From: Octopus vulgaris
Lineage: Eukaryota
Assembly (NCBI GenBank): GCA_951406725.2
Contig: OX597823.1
Coordinates: 82,646,001 to 82,710,000, forward strand
Reading direction: 5' to 3'
DNA length: 64,000 nt
A model generated the notes under the pieces. That model was given only the letters and a program-made list of their open reading frames with translations. It had not been told where the DNA came from and did not search any database. A program made the position numbers and the translations under genes. This document shows positions 55,615 to 64,000 of the stretch, piece by piece; the stretch's first letter is position 1, and every line of letters begins with the position of its first letter.

Positions 55615-55820
55615 GTTTGGCACAAGGTTAACAATTTCGAGGTGAGGGGTTAAATCGATTACATCGACTACCCAGTGATCAACTGGTACTTATTTTATCG
55701 ACCCTGAAAGAATGGAAGGCAAAATCGATCTCGGCGGAACATTACCCAGAACGTAAAGTCGAGCGAAATGCCGCTAAGCATTTTGCCCAGCGTACTTACG
55801 ATTCAGCTAGCTCACCGGTT
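55615..55820 (-). mobile_element. SINE family B copy
   Basis: ACTGGTACTTATTTTATCGACCCTGAAAGAATGGAAGGC core. Confidence 0.85.
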
Positions 55821-56963
55821 TCCTCTCGCCTTTAATATTCAACAAGTCTTTCACTTATCTAGCTACAGCTTCTTTCTTCAGAAGGAAGCCCATCTCAGTT
55901 TCTTTGCAACCTCTATCAGTTTGTAGTCTGACATGTTTTCAACTCCTTGTTACTCCTCTTCCTGACAAAGAATGGTCTCCCATTGTAAGACTTAGCCTTT
56001 AATTTACAATGTTACAACTTTGTGCTCTATTAAATCGATATTTCAAGTCGCGGGCCGTTTCGAATATGTGTTCAGAAATGTTATTTATTGCATATGTTGT
56101 GAAGATTGAAATGCATTCTATAGAACTGAGACACTTCTCTGATACAGAACATTTGTTTCGTGTTAGACTTAATAACCCAATACCTTTTAAAGCGGCATTC
56201 TAGATCTATGTAACTCTTCTATTATCACCTTTTTCTCTTGGCCTTTCAACCATCTCTTTTTTTAACAACGTCCACGTTAATTTATTTTTTTCCCTTCTAT
56301 GATCAATATTTCTCTCAGGAATTAATAATTGATTATTTTGCCTCAAAATCCTTCTTATCTGCAAACTCGGTATTCATGGAAGAACAACACTTTGTGCTTT
56401 CTCCAATTCTTTTTTCTCTGTATCGGTGAAGTTTTGTGGACAGTTCATCTCCATTCTGCACCACAAAACAACCACATAGCCATTTCTCCACCGCCCTCTT
56501 TCATTAATATCATGACTTTGTAATACAAACCGAATGTTTCCCCCTTCCCCTTTGTTAGCCTTTGCCCGCTTTAGTATATTTGTTTTCTGTCTAAAAAACA
56601 AGCCTACACTCTAAATGTTCATAATATTTTATTTTTATTTTTCCACACGGCAGAATAATTGACTTCACTGTTATTTTAACATTTTTCTATATTCCATTAA
56701 ATATTGTAAGGCGTAGACCAACACGCTTCTTTTTCTGTCATCGAACTGTTATCTCTACATTTATTATTGTTGATTTATTCAACTACCCGTGGGTTGAAAG
56801 TCTTCTGAATTAAACTCTTCAGTAATCTCTGCCGAAATCTGGATCCCCTCTGTGAACGTCGACACACATGAAAAACTGTAATGTTCTATAGAAAGCAAGA
56901 ATTTACGTGCCATTGACCTCGTTGGTAAAGATCGTATTTAATATTCCAGGCCAGGCGTTCAGG

Positions 56964-57050
<87 letters not shown>
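56964..57050. repeat. (AAT)n array, target of R4/Dong insertions
   Basis: Direct reading. Confidence 0.95.
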
Positions 57051-57053
<3 letters not shown>

Positions 57054-57059
57054 TAACAT

Positions 57060-58039
57060 GAAGAAGAAGAAGAAGAAGAAGAAGAAGAAGAAGAAGAAGA
57101 AGAAACAACAAAAGCTATAAAACAAATGAAATCCAAACTAAAAATAGAACAGCAACGAACCACGATAAAACGATGGCAAGAAAAGCCCCTTCGTGGTAAA
57201 TACTGGACTAAACTAAACGCAAAAGAAATAGACAAAGAAAAATCCCAGCAATGGTTGAGAAGCTCAGGACTCAAAGCAGAAACAGAGGGATTTTTAATTG
57301 CAGCACAAGACCAAAAGCCTCCCCACCAGAAATTACCAAAAACATGTAATGAAAAGAAATATTACAAGTAACTGCAGAATATGTGGAGATGGACAAGAAA
57401 CAATAAATCATATTATCTCTAGCTGCCCAGTCCTGGCTAAGAAGGAATATATTCACAGACATGAGAGAGTTGGAACCTACATACATTGGAAGCTATGCCA
57501 ACATTATGGAATAACAACAGAAAAAAGATGGTATAGGCACACACCAGAAAAGGTCACAGAAAACGAGAAAGCAACCATACTCTGGGATATGCCGATACAC
57601 ACAGATAGAGAAATTAAGGCCAACAGACCAGATATAGTTGTCAGAGATCATGAAGAAAAAAATGCTTTCTAATTGATGTATCAATACCGGCAGATGACAA
57701 CGTGTCTCTAAAAGAAATGGAGAAACTCTCAAAATACAAAGACCTGGAAATAGAGGTAACTAGAATGTGGAATCTGAAAACAGAAACAATTCCTATCATA
57801 GTAGGTGCATTAGGCATGATAAAACAAATATTCAGACAAATACATAACAAAAACACCAGGACTTACAAACACATATAACATACAGAAAATTGCACTACTA
57901 GGCACTGCACACATCCTACGCAGAACACTTTCCATACAATAACCATCAGAGCATCACAACAAATCACAGCACATACCCAAGGCACACAGAGCTGCGCTCG
58001 GTAGTGAAGTGAAAGCACGCTATAAAAATAAAACTACTG
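57060..58039 (+). mobile_element. 5'-truncated R4/Dong-clade LINE (CCHC finger + restriction-like endonuclease), copy 1
   Basis: TEGFLIAAQDQ, CRICGDGQETINHIISSC, RHERVG, LWDMPIHTD...NRPDIVV, LIDVSIP, EKLSKYKDL; two frameshifts; ends CTACTG(AAT)n. Confidence 0.93.
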
Positions 58040-58089
58040 AATAATAATAATAATAATAATAATGATAATAATAATAATAATAGTATTAT

Positions 58090-60135
<2,046 letters not shown>

Positions 60136-60189
60136 TTTATTTATTTATTTTTATCTAGTTTCAGCTCACGAAAATGCGTGGGCTCAATG

Positions 60190-60402
60190 GTTTTAAATTT
60201 TGGCATAAAGCCAGCAATTTGTGGGGTGAGGTTAAGTCGATTAAAATGACCCCAGTGCTCAACTGGTACTTATTTTATCGACTCCGAAAGGATGGAAGTC
60301 AAAGTTAACCTCGGAAGAAGTTGAAATCAGAACGTAGCGACAGGCGAAATACCGCTGAGCTTTTCGCCCAGCATGCTTACGATTCTATCAACTGTCCGCC
60401 TT
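60190..60402 (-). mobile_element. SINE family B copy
   Basis: Core and head as in other copies. Confidence 0.85.
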
Positions 60403-61737
60403 TAATAATAATAGTGATGATAATCTGATTTTGGATTTGTATATCTTGGATATTAAACCTTCTTCTGTTGAACTAATGTGAAATATAAATAAAAGAAATG
60501 ACAATATAAGAATTGAATAGAGTAATCAAGTGAGAAAACACGAGAAGAATATTCCTAATATGATAACCATTTAAATGTTAGGAAAAGTTAATTTAATTTC
60601 TATACATTCAATTGATCTATCTCTATCTATGTATGACATCAGCATCTAATTGAATTAATGAGTGACTTGTAGTAAGGCTTGTTGATACACACGTTTGATA
60701 AAATGTTATGAATGCGTACAAGAATATCGATTCTTACGGAAAGGTAAATTATCGTAAAAACACTCCGAGATGCTGTGACTTCGAGGAAGAAATTATTGAC
60801 TTCTGGTCCGTTACATGAATAGAAGCTGATAAACCTGTTGGCTCTTTTAAGAGTAATGACCATACTTATAATAGTCACACGGTAAAGAACTGTCACTTAA
60901 TATTTTATGGCTATAAAACGATGTAATAATAATAACAATATACTTAAAGCTTTTAGATAATTTCAAATATGTTTGAGACATGTTTCACCTGTAAAAAGAC
61001 CAGATTGACTGCGTTTTTCCATGGGAAACGGTTCTTGCTATAGATAAAAAGCGTAAAAACCAAATCATTTCAGAACGGTCTCCGCACACCATCTATGGAC
61101 ATATATACATACATACGTACATACATACATACATACATACATACATACATACATACATACATACATACATACATACATACATACATACATGCATATGTAT
61201 ATACATACGTACATACAAACATATATACACACATATACATACATATACAGATATACACACATTTACATACATACATATACACACATATACAATCATGCAT
61301 ATACATCCATCCATACATACATATATATCAAGATATACATAAGTACGTGCTTAAATACAAACATACATACAAACACATACATACACAGATATGCACCCAT
61401 CCATCCATACACACATACATACATATATACTTATATACATACATACATACATACATACATACATACATACATACATACATACATGCATACATACACTGGG
61501 CTGGGTTCAGTAAAAGGAATCGTGTATATTACGAAAGCATAGGAACAAATACCTGCTTACCGACGTATAGACAGATCACTATTCCGGTTGTATATACGAT
61601 TAAGCGCACCCGATTAAGTATATTATGAGTCTCAAGGCTGTATTTAGGGACACACACTACACCAGTTGTACTGCGCTTAATAGACCCTTGATCCACGCTA
61701 ATAGCTGGTTCCGAATAAGGTACTTAATAAATAGATA

Positions 61738-62536
61738 ACAACAGATGGATAATTGTTCTTTCATTACAGCTGTTTCCAACGAATTATTTAATTGATGACT
61801 AAATATATTATATCACGTGAAAAAAGAAACCGTTTTCCTCAGGTGAATATGCACGAATTATGCATTTAGAACATTTCAAAAGTTACCAGTTTGTGCCACT
61901 TTCTGATTCCCCTTCTCAGATTAGTAGTTGATACGGAAAAAGCATTACAATGACAAGAAGAGCTCTTTTGGGTCTGAAACGGATCGGACAACAATTAGAG
62001 GAATAAAAAATAAAATTGCAAGAATGGCTTTATTTTCAAAGACAGGTCGTATAGCTAGCTATTCCAGGAATAAAAATATAAATAAAATGAATTAACCTTA
62101 TCTCACATGTCGGAACAGGATATCAGGGTCTCTCCCACTATTTTGTATCCTCCCCACTCACTTCTCACTTCTCTCATTATCTTTTAAGGTCATTTGTCTA
62201 GATCTATTTTATCCATTCTCTTAAAGATTATAGATTAAACATGATAACTTTGTCTTTTAGAAACTGTGCTGAAAATTATACCCTTTCCTCTAATATTTCT
62301 CCTACTATAAATGCTCTCCTCTCCTCGAAATGTGTTTTCTTATATTAACTACTAAACTGAGCAAGCGAATTTATTCTTTTAACTATTACTAGTCAGGTGA
62401 CTTTTGGAACGCTTCAAATGTGTTATTCGTGTATATTCTCCTGTGATTTTTTTTATCACATGATGTAGTATCTCTATTCATCAGCAGAAAATGCGTTGGA
62501 AACAGCTGTAGTGAATGAACCGTTATCCATCTGTTC
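61738..62536. mobile_element. PLE-like remnant bounded by diverged ~150-bp inverted repeats
   Basis: ~61738-61890 is the reverse complement of ~62395-62536; both arms carry hammerhead-like motifs. Confidence 0.7.
61760..61847 (-). ncRNA. Hammerhead motif (C3:G8) with long stem II insert
   Basis: Minus: TTCAC-CTGAGGA-A-AACG...CGTT-G-GAA-ACAGCTGT-A-ATGAA. Confidence 0.55.
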
Positions 62537-62594
62537 GTACCGTTGGCGATTTTTTTCCCTTCGTCTTCCCTTCTTTGGATCTTTCCTTTTCCTT

Positions 62595-62631
62595 TGTTTC
62601 TGACGAAGAGCTCCGCTCGAAACGTTAAACA
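62595..62631 (+). ncRNA. Canonical minimal type I hammerhead ribozyme in a TA-abutting PLE-like repeat (~62540-62725)
   Basis: TGTTT-CTGACGA-A-GAGC-tcc-GCTC-GAA-ACGT-T-AAACA. Confidence 0.82.
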
Positions 62632-62721
62632 CTCCTTCTTTCCTGAGCGTCCAACAATACTATATTTGTTCCACGTCCTCGCGTTGTTGTGTTTTCTCTT
62701 AGTGTTTTCATGTTTGGACTA

Positions 62722-62779
<58 letters not shown>

Positions 62780-63690
62780 CATACACACACTTGCGTGCAT
62801 GTGTTTATTTATATACAGAGATACATACTTCTTACATACAGGAAGAGGATAATTGATGCCCTTCGTTTTGTAAGTAATTTCCAAACTGGCAACTTGGATA
62901 AGCTTGGATTATCAGAAAAAGAAATTAACTAACTAACCCGCGCATTACAAATACAGTCTGTAAGTGAAACAGTAAAAATATTCAAGATTTTTCTCAAGTT
63001 TAAAATGTGACATTGCTTTCGTTATCTGGAGATTCGTATCTTTGGTAGAAACTAGCTCCTTCCCCGAGGAAAAATTCAAATACTTTAATATTTGCAAGCA
63101 TACATGTATATAGGTATATGCGCTTATACCCGCAGTCATTTCATATATATATAAATATATATACCTGTGCATGCGTGTGTGTGTGTGCGTGTACGTTCAT
63201 ACACATATGAATACAGACGGACATACAAAAGTGTCAGTAAGTAAGGCAAATTATAATAGCGTTTTGGAAAACAAGAATGTTACAGTCAAACAACTTCACT
63301 GGAACTTTAAAAAGATATCTTCTACAGCGACGTTTCCAATCATTCTAGTAATGAGATAGAATAAAGAATCATAGACGTAATGATTTCGAAAGAAGTATAA
63401 TACTTGTGATTAGAAAAAAGAGACAATGGTAAATTGCATTCTATAATGGTATTCTTGGAAGCCTCGGGGTGCCTCGATTGAAATTTTAATTGGAAATAAC
63501 ATTCATGTCCGTAGAATAAAAAAATAGTGTGTGGGGGAGAATGAAGAGAGAGACAGAGACAGAGAGTGTGGGTGTGTGCGTAGACACAGTGAGAGAGAGA
63601 GAGAGAGAGAGAGTTATCGACAGATATATGGATGGATATGTGCACAAATCTCTCCATTCATACATACAAAACATCCATACATCTATCCTC

Positions 63691-63731
<41 letters not shown>

Positions 63732-63776
63732 TCTATCTATCTATCTGTCTGTCTGTCAATCTATCTACCTACATAT

Positions 63777-63858
<82 letters not shown>

Positions 63859-63925
63859 GTCTGTCTGTCTCTCTGTCTATGTGTCTATATGTCTGTTTAT
63901 CTGTTTATATCTATATGTATGTATA

Positions 63926-63975
<50 letters not shown>

Positions 63976-64000
63976 AGAATAAGTACTGGGCTTTAAAAAA

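Overview
AT-rich, microsatellite-saturated eukaryotic intronic/intergenic DNA. The repeat landscape (tRNA-derived SINEs including Meta/MESC-domain SINEs, RTE LINEs, TAA-targeting R4/Dong LINEs, Penelope-like remnants, mariner/pogo/hAT MITEs) most resembles an octopus-type cephalopod genome; this is inference, not a database result. I can recognise no intact protein-coding gene. Almost all ORFs in the track are translated microsatellites or decayed transposon ORFs, and only low-confidence candidate host exons are visible. The most interesting signal is a set of short repeats, many abutting (TA)n, that carry minimal type I hammerhead ribozyme folds. Different repeat families use different compensated versions of the catalytic 3:8 base pair: C:G, U:A, a perfectly folded G:C, and a tentative A:U. 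Other structure worth a second look: SINE multimers with a fixed junction, a mariner built from two 5' ends, a 117-bp near-perfect palindrome, stacked Dong/R4 insertions in TAA arrays, a templated patchwork duplication, and a duplicated coding-like relic.
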